This document shows positions 1-38,814 of a stretch of 64,000 nucleotides of DNA, piece after piece; the first letter of the stretch is position 1, and each line of letters begins with the position of its first letter. Origin of the DNA: Paraspadella gotoi (lineage: Eukaryota; Animalia; Chaetognatha); contig CM119263.1 in NCBI GenBank assembly GCA_051294375.1, forward strand, positions 2,132,113 to 2,196,112, given 5' to 3'. The position numbers and the translations under genes were made by a program. Below the pieces are notes generated by a model. The model saw nothing but the letters and a program-made list of their open reading frames with translations. It was not told the DNA's origin and made no database searches.

Positions 1-131
1 AAAAACGAAAAAACTTTAAAAAAAAGAAATATAAGCTAAAAATAATACTAATAATATTCCTCAGTTTCGCTTACTTGCTTACTAAAAGCCAAGCGACCCA
101 ATCCTTTAATCTCTATTATTTCCCTTCATAG

Positions 132-344
132 ATGTTCGGTCTCGGCTACATCGTGAACGTGGCTTGGGTCGCCGTCAGCGGGTGTCTGGCCATTCCCGTC
201 TTCATTCTCGCCATCCTTCATCGTCGCTGCGGCACCATCGTCCTGGACAACGGATCCCAGACTTGCTTCACGCCCTCGGACTACGCCATCACCACCGAGG
301 AATACAAAATCTGCGGGGCTCACTTGCAAAAATTCTGTGTCTTG
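132..344 (+). CDS. M6: Myelin proteolipid/M6 (PLP/DM20 family) tetraspan protein, internal exon (TM3 and Cys-rich large extracellular loop)
   Basis: Acceptor tcccttcatAG at 130-131 and donor GTgaga at 345; 213 nt, phase 0/0. Translation MFGLGYIVNVAWVAVSGCLAIPVFILAIL...CFTPSDYAI...KICGAHLQKFCVL has a hydrophobic helix followed by the C...KIC...FC loop pattern of M6/PLP. Confidence 0.75.
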
Positions 345-506
345 GTGAGAATACTTTTCCGTAGATGTATTAACTGCAGCTGCTTAATTTCGAATTAGAA
401 ATTGTTAAATTTGACCTTAAAAACGTAAAATTATTTTGAGGGGCTAGTATTAATATTAATATATATAATATAACATTATTAATAGTATTAATTGTTTTCT
501 CTCCAG

Positions 507-572
507 GGTGACGACGCTTTTCCAGCTTACATCGCAGCCTACGTTTCTTCAGTAGTTGTCGTTATTAGCACA
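507..572 (+). CDS. M6: M6/PLP-family exon (start of TM4)
   Basis: Acceptor ttctctccAG, donor GTaagt at 573; 66 nt, phase 0/0; GDDAFPAYIAAYVSSVVVVIST. Confidence 0.75.
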
Positions 573-926
573 GTAAGTTCTTTCAATTTTTAAACTTGAT
601 CTGCCATATTTTTCATATTTCTTTTTAATTTGACAATTTTATTATTTCTGTTCTAATAAAAAATTTTCATAAATTATTTACTTGTTTCACTATTTTATAT
701 TTTTATATTTTGAGCTGTCTTTTTGTTTTTTTTATTACCGCAAAATCACTGATATCGTTTTCGATTAGCAGTGCACTCTAACGTACAGAAAAGAAACAAA
801 AGCGCAATTTTTATAGCATTCATAATTGTTTGTCGATCAGATTAGGTTTGTGAGTTGTCTCATAATAAAAATATTATAAGTTAACAAAAGAAACAAAGGA
901 TTTTGATATTTTCATTATTTTTACAG

Positions 927-1052
927 ATTCACTTCCTCGTTACCATCACGGCGAACTATGCGCATATAAAAAAGGACAGCAGCAACTCGTGGCACGGCGG
1001 AAGCGAGGACTACGTCGGGTCCACAAACACAATTGAGAACACGAAGATGTAA
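927..1052 (+). CDS. M6: M6/PLP-family terminal exon
   Basis: Acceptor ttttacAG; IHFLVTITANYAHIKKDSSNSWHGGSEDYVGSTNTIENTKM*. The H-F/Y-L-x-x-x-x-ANYAHI segment is the characteristic M6/DM20 end of TM4. Stop TAA at 1050-1052. Confidence 0.8.
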   Translation: MHFLVTITANYAHIKKDSSNSWHGGSEDYVGSTNTIENTKM

Positions 1053-2167
1053 ACATAAATAAAGAAAAGGGAAGAGGCCGATGGCAGCCGGTCACTCTGT
1101 CTCTATCTCTCTCTCTCTCGCTCTTCCCCCCCCCCCAAAAAAAAAGAAAATCGGTCGCCATCGGGTTTTTTCTTCTCTTTGAGTAAATCGACCAAGAAAG
1201 AAACATGGAATTAATTTAAACAACATAACAACAACAACAAAAACATCAAATCTGAAACTAAAAAAAGAAGGGGAAAAAAAGGAGTCGATCTCGGGTCCAT
1301 AACGCGCGCGTCTCTATTTCTCCGTCTTCGCTGGAGATACGAAACAAAAAAGAAAACAAATGCGTCGGGGAGAATGAACAATATTTTTGGAGATCGCGAA
1401 AAGGTCACGTGACTCGTCGCCTCCGCTTAATTTTTTTTTCCTCTCCGTTAATCTTCTTTCTTATTTAAAACAACAATCAATTTCGACTCTCAACTGAATG
1501 CTTGTGTTTGTGCTCAACGTTTGCTTCCAAAAAAAAGTCATTGCATTTATTTAAAAAAAGAAAAATGTTCGAAGGATATTTTGTAGAAACAACAAAAAAA
1601 AAAAAACAAAAAAAAAGCGTCACACGAATTTCTCGGAGAAAAAAACCAAAACTTCGGAAATCGTTCGCCCGCGACTTTTTTAGAAATTAACAAAAATCTT
1701 CTTTATTTTTTTTTTAAACACGTTTGTCATCTTCGGTGTCCTTCGCACACTTAAATACCAAGTGGCACGTCTTGTTTGTAAAATTTTCATCAAACAAGCT
1801 ACTTAAAAGAATTGTTTACATTCGAATGGCGTAGTTTTCATGAATTTGTCGACGACAACTTACAAATTCCGCTTCCCGACTTCAAAAACGACAATTAGAA
1901 ATAAAAAACAAAAAAAAACTCCTTTTGCTGTGTATTTATATACGTCGATGTCCGTTTGTTTCCTTATCTATTTTTTCAACATTTTTTATTTAACAACGCT
2001 TCGAAAAGCAGAGCGGCAGGAAAAGCTTTAGAACTTTCGGTATTTGCCGCATTCGCGCGTCAAACTTGTAAACTTGAAATCTGTAAAAAAATGTAATATA
2101 AAATAATGTAAACTTCTAATTTTTCAATTTTTTTTCTTTTCCTATGAATAACGCTTTTGAGCTGTTT

Positions 2168-2173
2168 AATAAA
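2168..2173 (+). promoter_or_regulatory. Candidate polyadenylation signal of the M6-like gene
   Basis: AATAAA at the end of a ~1.1-kb 3' UTR-like tract. Several other AATAAA hexamers exist, so the site is tentative. Confidence 0.3.
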
Positions 2174-5100
2174 TAAGAATGGAAGAGATCAGCAGTCAAA
2201 ATAATTTACATTTTTCTACAATTGCGCGTGGATTCGTAATTTTTGAAACGCTCGTTTTGTCGCTTCATCTTTCGATGCTTAGTAAAATTGAACTGCACAT
2301 TCCTTTTTCCATAATATGGATATTAATTTAAAAATAAAGTATCGATTTTTTTTGGAGAGTTAAATATGTTTCTTTCCTGGAAGAATCGGTTGGATTCGGG
2401 TCCTCGAAGGACCGTATGATCTTTTCGACCCTCGTCCAACCACCTTTGATTGATATTCGATTTTGTGAACCAAAGTTTTCCTGTTCTTGATATAAATAGA
2501 CATTGTAACAAGTTTTTATCAATTACTTATAGGAACTGTTGAGTTCCTTTCTCGACCCTATTGCTTCTACATGTGCCAAATCAAGAAGAATGATTTTTAT
2601 GAATTTCCGAGCCCCCAACCTCCCAGATGTTTAAATCGAGTTGACAGCGCCCCCCCTCTCGATTCCCGTGATTCTCGCGATGGCACCAGAAATGACGGCA
2701 AAAGGGTCTAGTCACCCCACAGCGCTCCAAGCGGCAATTTTCTCTCTCCCATCCCACAGTAGATGGCTCTACCGGCCGTCTACTATTTTTTTTTCTTTTT
2801 TTGATCTCTTAGTTTTTCTCTTTGTAAATTTTCGAAGACTTTGAATTTATTATTTTAAGAATAACAACCCTGGTAACTAAAAACAGCCAAATAAGCTCAC
2901 GCTAGTTTTCTGGCAAATTAAATTGTTAAATTGATTTAATTTCACTGATAGAGGCATATCCTCGTTGTTCATACAGTATTAGTTACATTGGGCGTAGTTT
3001 ATTTCAGATTGAATGTATCGTGATCTCAAAGAATAACAAAGGTGGCAGCAAAAATAAAATATACCTCAATACTCTCCCAGGAAAATCATTTCAGAAATAG
3101 TTAAATTTGTATCAGTAGAAAGTGGGAAAAAATCGCATTTATTTGGTGCCATAACTATTAATTAAGGATATTTTTTGTGGGCGTTTTCCAAAATGAAGCT
3201 TTGTCAGATTTTAGCATTTTTTCTTTTCAAGTAAAAACTGCGTCTGACACCAGGATCACTGCTATCGAGATAAGCCGCCTCTTGTCTCAATATTTAACTA
3301 TAAAAAAATTTTAACTAGTTTTGAACTTTAAATAGATTGCATAACAATTTAACAGGTGCAGAGGGTCTAACGATAGCGCGATTAAAGCAGGAACTTTAGT
3401 GCACGTTGGCTGGTTGTCTCTATCAGATGCTCTAAACTGCCACTCAATTTTTGTTCAAAAAGGGAAAAAAATTATCATTTGCAATGCCACCCATTTTGCT
3501 GTCAAATAAATTGTATTGTCACTATAGATAACGTCACATTCTATCATAACTATTTGCTCGTTTTTTTTTCCCATATCTGATATTTTTCGTGTATTCTAGA
3601 TGTTAATTGATACCTTTTCCAGTAGGTTTCAAATGAGTTATCGTTAGTGAACATGTTAGCTCATTATTCATTATTACGATTTTTATAATTATTAATATTT
3701 TCAGCTACAATAAGGTAATTTTATAATAGTAAAGCCTCGTAGTTATTAGGCACCAAACAGGTACAGGATTATTTTTTAATGACTTATTTATTTTTTTGCT
3801 CGGTGGCATTTTTTTTCTTTAATTTCAAATTTTTTTTATAAATTTTCATAAAATCAAAAAGAAAAAACTTCTGATGAACTCCATAGTCAGCCGAAATCAT
3901 ACGCACCGTTTTAAATTCCTGCTCGTTTCTGTTCCCAAGTCTCGTGTTTGTGCTGCTTTCCAAAACAAAAAAACAAACATTAATTTCACTATGAATAAAT
4001 AAACTGTACTGATGCATTTCAACGTTAATGTTCTCCAGTCATGAGTCCCCCCCTAGTATCTTATGTCTTCGCGTTCTAGTCGAACTAGTCAAACTCAAAA
4101 TTTCTTTTTTTTTTTAATTAGAAAATTTTAAAAATTAAGAACGGTTTCGGCAGAGTGAAAACAAATACAATGCAACTTCTATTATTGTTCCTTTCCCATT
4201 CAGAATATTGTTTAAAAAGTCTGGCTGTATCATCATCCCCACTTTTTTCATCTTCATGTTAAATAAATTGTGCATGTTAAATTATTTTCAATACTTTTTT
4301 TTCAATGTTAAAATCTCTGGAGTCATATAAATCACGGAAAATCTAGCTTAGAAATGCTTAAAATAAAAACTAATTACTACTATCATAAAGGAAGCTACTT
4401 ATAACGTCAAACATTTATTTATTTCACATTCACGGTGATATGGTCATGAATTTGAATGGATATAATTAATTAATTATACAAGAAACTACAACAGATAATG
4501 TCGCATGAAAGAATCGTTATTATAATGTTCATCTATTTTAATGTTTTATCAAAGGCGAAGAGTTTGTATAGTTTATACCAAATCGACCATGTGCACAAAA
4601 ATAATATGGTAATTTTTAAACTTCAAAACCAACAGGTTTAAGTTAGATAAATTAATAAATCGGATGAGTAAGTTTCCCATAAAATTAGGCGTTTTTCTTG
4701 ATCCAATGTCCATGAGCAAATTATATGCGCTTCTGCTTCAATGTCCTCAGGAAGTTAGAAAAAGTCTTAATTAATATTACATTTGCTTCAATTAATAGTA
4801 TATTATAAACCAAAAAGCGCGGAGAATGTGTACGTCGAAATTTTGTCATCACCATACGCTTCAATTAAGTCTTTGCATTAGGTAATGTATTTTTAAACGT
4901 CTCAAAACTAAGTGCGTGTTGTAAAAAATGTTGTTGTGCTGAAAGGGGGTTTTTAATATATCCAAAGGATTTAATGAAATGACAGAGATCTTCATCAGTA
5001 GACTAAACTATTTCCTATTGAGCATTGTCGAATTAAAATAGTTTGAGAAAAGATTCTCTTTCTCTCTCTCTTTCTGAGAAAGAGAGAGAGTTTCTCTTTT

Positions 5101-5778
5101 TCTCTCTCTCTTAGTTGTACGTAATGAATACAGTGAATAAATAAAGTTATCACGGTTTCGCATTTGAGGTAACATGTATGTCATGAACAAAAACAAATGG
5201 TCTCCCAATTGTAATTTCAGAAGTATCTTCCTAGTGCCCAAGAATGAAGTTTAAAACAGAAGACTCTCGGATTTGGAGCGGGCTTGGCTTAGTCACGAGC
5301 CACTTCCGGTAAACTTAATTTTTACATTTCGTCGTATAATAAAATATATAAAATCATAACGGAAAGGTTTATTTATCAACAATAAACCTCTTTAGTTAGC
5401 TTCAGGTAATTTTGGGAAAAAAAGAGACAAGGTGTTGCCCCACTATCTGATTATGAGCGAAAAAAATTATCATAACAATTCATCAATGAAAGAAAATATA
5501 AATTATACTGATTATTCACATTTCTATCATGTAATTAAAAAAATTTTAAAACATGAAATGTTTAATTAACATTTAATGACACCTCTTATCTTTTATATCA
5601 ATTCATAAGGTTTATAGGACAGAGCGATAGACAGACAGACCAAAGAGTTACTAATATAGCGGTTCCTTGAGTATTCCCGGCCAGACTACTGGCTTTTTTT
5701 ATCGAGTACATATAATTGACGCAAATACTGGGTGGGCTGAAAAATTTCATCACTCATCATATTCTAAGCGTAATACAC

Positions 5779-5945
5779 TATGAAATTGGTACAACCAAGA
5801 TAAAATTATACGTTCATTCAATAAATAAGCTATCATGCCGCTGACTTTGAACAGGCTATGGTGGTTTAAGGCCCCCATCACTCTTACAAGATAATGACAA
5901 GCAGGTCCCTGCAAGCTTTCAAACAAGACTCTCACAGTCTCCTTT
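5779..5945. repeat. Dispersed repeat family member
   Basis: The block tatgaaattggtacaaccaa...cattcattcaataaataagctatc...ctgacttt recurs at ~11823-11900, ~33535-33745 and ~45690-45880. Confidence 0.7.
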
Positions 5946-6203
5946 ATTCACTCCCAGAATGTATAAAAGGACCACTCCATTAGCTTAAGTCTTAGATCGT
6001 GGAATACTACCACATCGTACCTATATAAAAAGTCTCTTTTTAAATTTTCCAAATTTAAATCTCTCGGTCTGAATTCCGGCCGCAAGATGGCGGATTCAAA
6101 CAACTGGGATAAAAATTTCAGCAACGCGCTCGAAAGTTCGGGATCACAAAAAGTTAAAATAAAGTAAACTTTAAAAATAAAAAGTGACTGTTATTTTGAG
6201 TAT

Positions 6204-32264
<26,061 letters not shown>

Positions 32265-32873
32265 CTGAGGTGGACGGTGACAGAGAAAGGAAATGAGGAG
32301 AGGGAAAATAAAGGGAGGGAGGAAGAAGGAAGAAGAAGGAAGAAGAAGAAGAAGAAGGAAGAAGAAGAAGAAGGAAGAAGAAACTTCTAAATTTGGTAGT
32401 GAGAAGCTTTGGGGCCAATATACACGAGTTATTTTGGTGACGACGGCCGCTAATGGGTTTAGAAGGAGTCGCACGAGACATGTTCGCTTTGGCTTTCGCT
32501 TCACAACCTTCGTTCTATTTTTAGAACTTGAAAAATAAAAGATCGAAGACGAAATCTTTCACGTCCGCCTGATCTTGATGACATAATATATTGGTTGTAG
32601 TACAATGAGTGTACTAATTTTATAATATCAGCTCCTTGTATTTTGACGCTAGTGGGGGGTAGAAAACAGTATTCCCCGATCTAACACTTAAGGGAGTGGT
32701 CTTTTTATAAGACAATAGATTCTTTGAAATATCTTACACTTCATTGAAGGGAAGCCAGATACCTGGGAATGAATAAACGAAGACAGCTGGAGTGAGTTGA
32801 TTTTTTATTATTATTATTTTAAAAATATCTAGTAAGATTGATGAGGACTTAATCCAGGGTAGGCCTGGTCCAA

Positions 32874-33511
32874 TAAGGCGTAGTGAAAGTTACGTACGAA
32901 AATCTAAAGGTCAATTATGAACAACCATACCATCAGTGGAACATTAATTTGGTAAAAAAAAATTAATTTATTGTTTTTTTAATTTCGAGTAAGGCTTATA
33001 TTTATATATATCGAACTAATTTAACTTATAAAATCAAAAAATTTCAAAATAGGACCTTTTCCTTAATTTGATTTGCAGATTTGAATTCCCTCGTCAACAA
33101 GGTTGATAAAGAAATATAAATTATTTTTAAAAAATTCTTTCATTAAGTAGGTTAAAAATTACAAAAACTATATTAATATATAAAAAGTTACATTTTCCAG
33201 CTTAAAATATAGCTTTTTCTAATTTTTGACCCACTTTAGATGAAGGAAATTATTTAAAAAAGAGTTATATTTCTTTTTTAATCAACTTTTATGAGGAATC
33301 CAAATCTGCAAAAATCTTAGAAAAAACCTGTTTTTGAATTTTAACATTTATTTGATTAGTACTATAATAAATATGGCCTAACCTGCGTAAATTGTAAAAA
33401 TTTATTATAATTTTTTTTTAATACATAAATGTTCATTATATAATGTTGTTCGTATCCTCAACTTTTAGAATTTTAATTAAAGTTAAATTTAGCAAATTTT
33501 ACTACGCCTTA
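32874..33511. mobile_element. hAT-like foldback MITE
   Basis: TIR TAAGGCGTAGTRAAA / TTTTACTACGCCTTA, noisy ~8-bp TSD (ctggtccaa / ctgtcaa), long internal imperfect palindrome. Absent at the matching site in copy 2 (~45670). Related internal sequence at ~37505-37715. Confidence 0.75.
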
Positions 33512-34468
33512 CTGTCAACGTCTGGGGCAGATGCTTATGAAATTGGTACAATCAATATAATAATTTACGCCATTCATTTAATAACAAGCTATTCTTGCCC
33601 GACTTTAGACAGGTCTTTGGTTCGTGTGTGAACGGACTCCAATTGCTGGACGAACATCAAAAGAACACGTCCACACCATCACTCTTACAAGACAATGACA
33701 TAGCAAGTCCCTGCAAGCTTTCTATCAAAGACTCTTCAACTCTTATCTTCACTTTTCTCTCTTATATAATACTGAATGGATAATTTCATAATGGCCTCTT
33801 CTCGTCACTGCTTCCGGTGGCCTCCCTATCTGCCCTTCTTCTTGAAGTTTTTTAAGAGATATACCGCCTTCTTAATCTCCAACTTTCTCATTTAATCTTT
33901 TTAAAACTTTTATTATTTTTTCCATTAACTCGTTCTCAGACGCTAACTCGTTTCGTGGAACTGTCTGAAAAAAAATCTCTCGCCTCCGATTTCACTTCAA
34001 TTTTACGATTAAAAACGAGGTTATATAATAATAAATATATAATAAATAAATAACGTCAGAGCATTCGTGGAGTAAGACATTATACTTTTGTGTAGACAAC
34101 TTTTTATGGGCTATCTGAATCCGTTTCTTAAAAATTAAATTATTACAATTTTTTTTTTCATTGCCTATGTATTAAATAATATTTATAGGCTTCAATGTTA
34201 TCTTGTGCTTCACTAGTTAAAAAAGTGATAGTGAAATATTGATAAAGTATATGATGGACAAATGAATTTTATATTACAGAACTGATCAATTTCGGCCCGC
34301 CTTAAAAGCTAAATGACTTGAAAACTGCATTTGTGCTTTTGTATCTTTAGTTATGCTGACTGAAATGGCGTAACCGGAACATAACCATCAAAACCAGCTG
34401 GGCTCATTTAAATTTTTTTTTTGGGTATTTTTTGTACTTTTCAATTTATAAATTTGAAAAAAAATGTA

Positions 34469-35140
34469 CACGGATTTCAAATGGGAGTGAAATGAAAATA
34501 TTAATTACAATGTCTAAATCCTTAGTTTTAGCAGCTTCAGATTTTGTACCCAGGTAAAAAAATTGCTGATTTTTTTTTTAACCCCAATAGTCCAGCTTAG
34601 TTATGTTCTTATCAATACCAAGGTCGAATTTAAAAAAAGGACAATTCTTGCATTTGAAAAAGACCTTTCTATTAAAAAAATGAATTGTCAAAAAATTTTA
34701 GTTTGTCTTATAAATATATACAAATGTTTTTTAAATTTTATATTTTAAATTTTATAACCATAATGGCACTTTTTTCATTTTTCAGTTTTTTCTAGTTAAA
34801 ACATATAGAATATTAAAATTTCAGCATTGAAATAAATAAGAAAATAACATCTGGCAAAAGCTTGTTGCCTCGTTAAACTTTGAAATATAATAATAAGAAT
34901 TTTTACTATGCTTCCAAGACATTAAACTCACTAAAAAATTTAAAAAAGTTTAAAATTGGAATCTCAAATAAGAGTGGAAAAAAGTGGCTGAAAAAGCTCC
35001 TGCAATGAATCTGCACCAATTGTTATGATGTAAAGTATTCTTAATTTTTTTATAGGAACACAAATGTCAAATATCAATCATAGTCAGTTAGTTAAGAGTA
35101 ATAACGACTCTTTTCATTTCACTCCCATTTGAAATCCGTG
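34469..35140. mobile_element. Tc1/mariner-type MITE
   Basis: Perfect 30-bp TIR CACGGATTTCAAATGGGAGTGAAATGAAAA at both ends, flanked by TA on each side. Noisy copies at ~46627-47290 and ~61084-61747. Confidence 0.9.
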
Positions 35141-35887
35141 TATATGCAAACGTCGCTGGGGGGGCCAAGTCTAAAACGACAGCGCTTCAACGCTTTTAGT
35201 ATTTCCGTGAAAATTATTCTGTATTCACACTGGCAAACATGGGGGGAATGACAAAAGCTTTTGTTATTTCTTCTTTTGTTTTTAATTTTTTACTCTGAAA
35301 AGACTGTCAATAGTCAATACACAAATGAAGCAGATTTTTCTTGGATTTTTTATATTTTCTAAAGTCGGAAAATAGTAAAAAAGACTTCGAAATTGATAAT
35401 ATATTTAAAGAAATGAACGAAAGGAAAATCTAATCTAAATAAACTAGTAGAATATTTAAAATTCGTTTATTTAAAATTATTTTATTAGAGAAAAAAATTG
35501 AAATAAGTTATAACGCAATTTCTTTTATTTAGAATTATTATACGTAGATGGTAAAAAGTAAAAATGTTGATCCCTCTCAGTCTGCCGACGGTATTCGCCC
35601 AATGGAACCTAAAATTATTTTTGGTCCAACGACTTAATCAACATCTAAGGATCAACAGAAGAAGATGAAGAAGAAGAAGAAGAAGAAGAAGAAGAAGATG
35701 AATAAGAATGAGGAGAAAGAGAAGAAGAAGAAAAGAAAGAAAGAAAAAGAAGGAAAAAAGAAGAAAGACCTCTCGTTGTTTCGCGCCAAGAATCTCAAAA
35801 TAACTGGCGCTTAAGGAATACTACTAGATACTGTAAAGGCTAAAGCATTTGGTTATTAATCGTGCATTAATCGCAGTAGGAATTGGA

Positions 35888-37212
35888 GCAGCTTAAAAAG
35901 TCACCTGGCCAGAATCTCTGCCGCAGCTTAAAAAGACGCCGGGACGGGATCTCTGCCACAGCTTAAAAGGGCACTTGGCAGGGATCTCTGCCGCAGCTTA
36001 AAAATACGCCTGGACGAGATCTCTGCCACAGCTTAAAAGGGCACTTGGCTGAGATCTTTACCGCAGCTTAAAAAGACGCCGGGACGGGATCTCTGCCGCC
36101 ACTTAAAAAATCACCTGGCCGGGATCTCTACCGCAGGTTAAAAAGTCACCTGGCCGGGATCTCTACCACAGCTTAATAAGACATCTTGATGGGATCTCTT
36201 AAAGGTCACCTGGCCGGGATCTTTGCCGCAGCTTAAAAAGACGCCTGGATGGGATCTCTGATGCAGCTTAAAAAGATGACAAGACAGGATCTCTGCTGCA
36301 GCTTAAAAGGACACCTGCCCGGAATCTCTGCCACAGCTTAAAGAGTCGCCTGGATGGGATCTCTGATGCTAGGGGTAGCCGCACTCAATGGAGTGAGTCA
36401 AAAATTTAGAGTCAGTACATGCTCAAACGAATATTTAGACATTTTTAAGAATACTTTCAATGGACAAAAAATTTCTAATATGGCTCTATACCCTAGTAAT
36501 TAATTTTGTATATTTATTTATAGATAGGAAAGGCAAAAAATTTTTTTAGAAATTTTTTAATTTTAAGACCAGATTCAGAAAGCTCACTAAAAAGTTGTCT
36601 ACACAAAGTATAATTCTTTTTTATAATATTTTACGATAAGTGTGTCAAAGAATAAGAAAACCAATAAAAAATCATCATCATCATCATCTTTCGATGAGAA
36701 TTTATCAAGTATTTTTATATTTCACTTAGAAAATCGTAGGAATTTTAAAAGCTTGTAATTATATTTCTCGTTTAACTTTTTATGCTCGTATCAGAATCCA
36801 TCAAAAAAAATTTAAAGATTTTAAAAAAATGTTTTGCTCTATATAGTAATATAATATTTTTAATTAGGCTAGTACCCTCAGAAGAAAGCACTTGACAAAA
36901 AATATTTTTAATACCTTGAATCTATGGTCATGATAGATTATTTTAACGCTGTATACATTAGCATTTAAATTTCATCGGCTATGGCGGTGATGCACCTTAA
37001 AAAGACACCTGGACAGGATCTCTGCTGCAGCTTAAAAGGGCACCTAGCCGGGTTCTCTGCCACAGCTTAAAATAACGCCTGGACGGGATCTCTGACGCAG
37101 CATAAAAGATGCCTGGACGGGAACTCTGCCGCAGCTTAAAAAGTCACCTGGCCGGGATCTCTGACGTAGCTTAAAAAGACGCATGGCCGTGATCACTGCC
37201 GCTTTAAAAGGC
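35888..37212. repeat. 35-bp minisatellite in two blocks (35888-36369 and ~36990-37212) split by an AT-rich insertion
   Basis: Unit CAGCTTAAAAAGWCRCCTGGMCRGGATCTCTGCCG, head-to-tail with no unique spacers. Copies at 48070-48564, 51460-51680 and 62527-63021. Confidence 0.9.
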
Positions 37213-38065
37213 GCAAGACTGGGTTGTGGGTAGTGGGTAATGGTGCGGTGCGGTGCAGAGCGATGCAGTGCGGGGCTGAGCGATGCAGTGCGGGGCAGTG
37301 CGGTGCGGTGCTGTGCTCCATTAAAGCGTTGCAAAAATATTAAAATCAAGTAGAATCAAAATTCAAATAGTAGATCACGAACAGGCTTGTACCTGTGAAC
37401 ATTCTTTAAAAAAAAATTAATTTTTATTTTTCCCATACGCCCATATTTATACATAATACTCACCATAGAAAAGTCAAAATTTTTAAATGTTTTTTCTTCC
37501 TTTTAAAAGCAGATTCGAATTCCTCACGAAAAGTTGATATAAGGAAATATAACTCTTTTTAGAAAATTATTTCATTAAGCTGATAAAAATCTTAAAAAAC
37601 TATTATTATTAACCTATAATTAAATTTTAGTATAAAAATAGTTTTTGTAAATTTGTGGCAACTTAATGAAAGAATTTTTGATAAAGACTTATATTTTCTT
37701 TTATCAACGTTTACTAAGAAAACGGATTAGCTAAAAAATAAAAAGGGCGGATTAGTGATCTTACTGTTTATTGTGTGAGATGGGCGTGGTTCTTCTTGTA
37801 TTTTCTTTTGGCATTGAGTTGAGAAAAAAAAAATTTTTTTTCAAATGTTTTTACGCGATGAAGTTTTTTTGTGAATATAGTTGAAAGTTGTTTTTTTTTT
37901 GCGCGAGGAAAATAAGAAAAAAAATTAGTATGATAAAAAAAAATAAGATTAGGAAAGATGGAAGAAAAAAATTAGGGTGGTTGGGAGGGTTACCGGTAGC
38001 CAGTTAGTCGTGTAGAGCAGGAAACTATCCTGGAGAGGTTAAACTTGGAGAGGCTGATGGGCGTC

Positions 38066-38377
38066 ACTGGGAAAGATGGGTATCTAGCTAAAGTAGGTTC
38101 TAACTCTCATCAGGAAAAGAGGTAAGTAGGGTAAGTATGTAATGTAAGGAAAACAGATATAACAAAGGGTATCGGGTACATAAAGGAGAGAAGGGAGAGG
38201 GAAGGTTTGCAGACCCCGAGACCGAGAGGAGAGTTGAGAGAGTGTGTCCGATCTCAGACTCTTCCGTGACTCCGGGGATGAAGAGGAGGGGACGACGAGG
38301 GGAGGAGGAGGCGTTGAGAGAGGAAGAGAAGGCCCGGGGAGGAGAGGTGCTGGCGGAAGTGACCCTCTATCTTGGCA
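38066..38377 (-). mobile_element. Terminal repeat (5' LTR) of the BEL-gag-like element; identical copy at 52523-52834
   Basis: Homologous to 16999-17330, abuts a TA-rich tract, and is followed on the minus strand by PBS-like tgacgcccatcag. Confidence 0.65.
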
Positions 38378-38591
38378 TATATATTATATAATATATATAA
38401 TATATAGTTACGTTTTAACTTAAAATTTAAGCCTAACTTTAAGGTTTAGTTTGGCCATAAGGTTACAGAGTTGCTCAACGCTCATTTCTCAGGTTGCTCA
38501 GGTTCCCAAAGTTAAAATTAGTTCAGTGATTATCGAACAGAAATGGGACGCATTGGAAAACAGTGACCCCCCCTCGCCCGCCGTCAGAAAC

Positions 38592-38763
38592 CTGAAGCCC
38601 ATAAGGCTGCGGGGTGAGCGTGGCTTAGCTCCGTCACTGAGGGATGTTTGGGTATTGCTTCTGTCTCTCCTCGAGTGTTGGAGATGAAGACTGACGTCGG
38701 GAGTCTTAACGCATAGTTCGCGGGATGTCATCCCCGGATGCCGACTCACCTTGAGAGAGAGAG

Positions 38764-38814
<51 letters not shown>

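Noticed and set aside
3871-3896. CTGATGA...CGAAA as a hammerhead ribozyme core
   Set aside because: Stem II does not close next to the core, and no stem I/III with an NUH site could be built.
35888-37212. 35-bp repeat array as a CRISPR locus
   Set aside because: Units are contiguous with no unique spacers, there are no cas genes, and the context is eukaryotic; it is a minisatellite.
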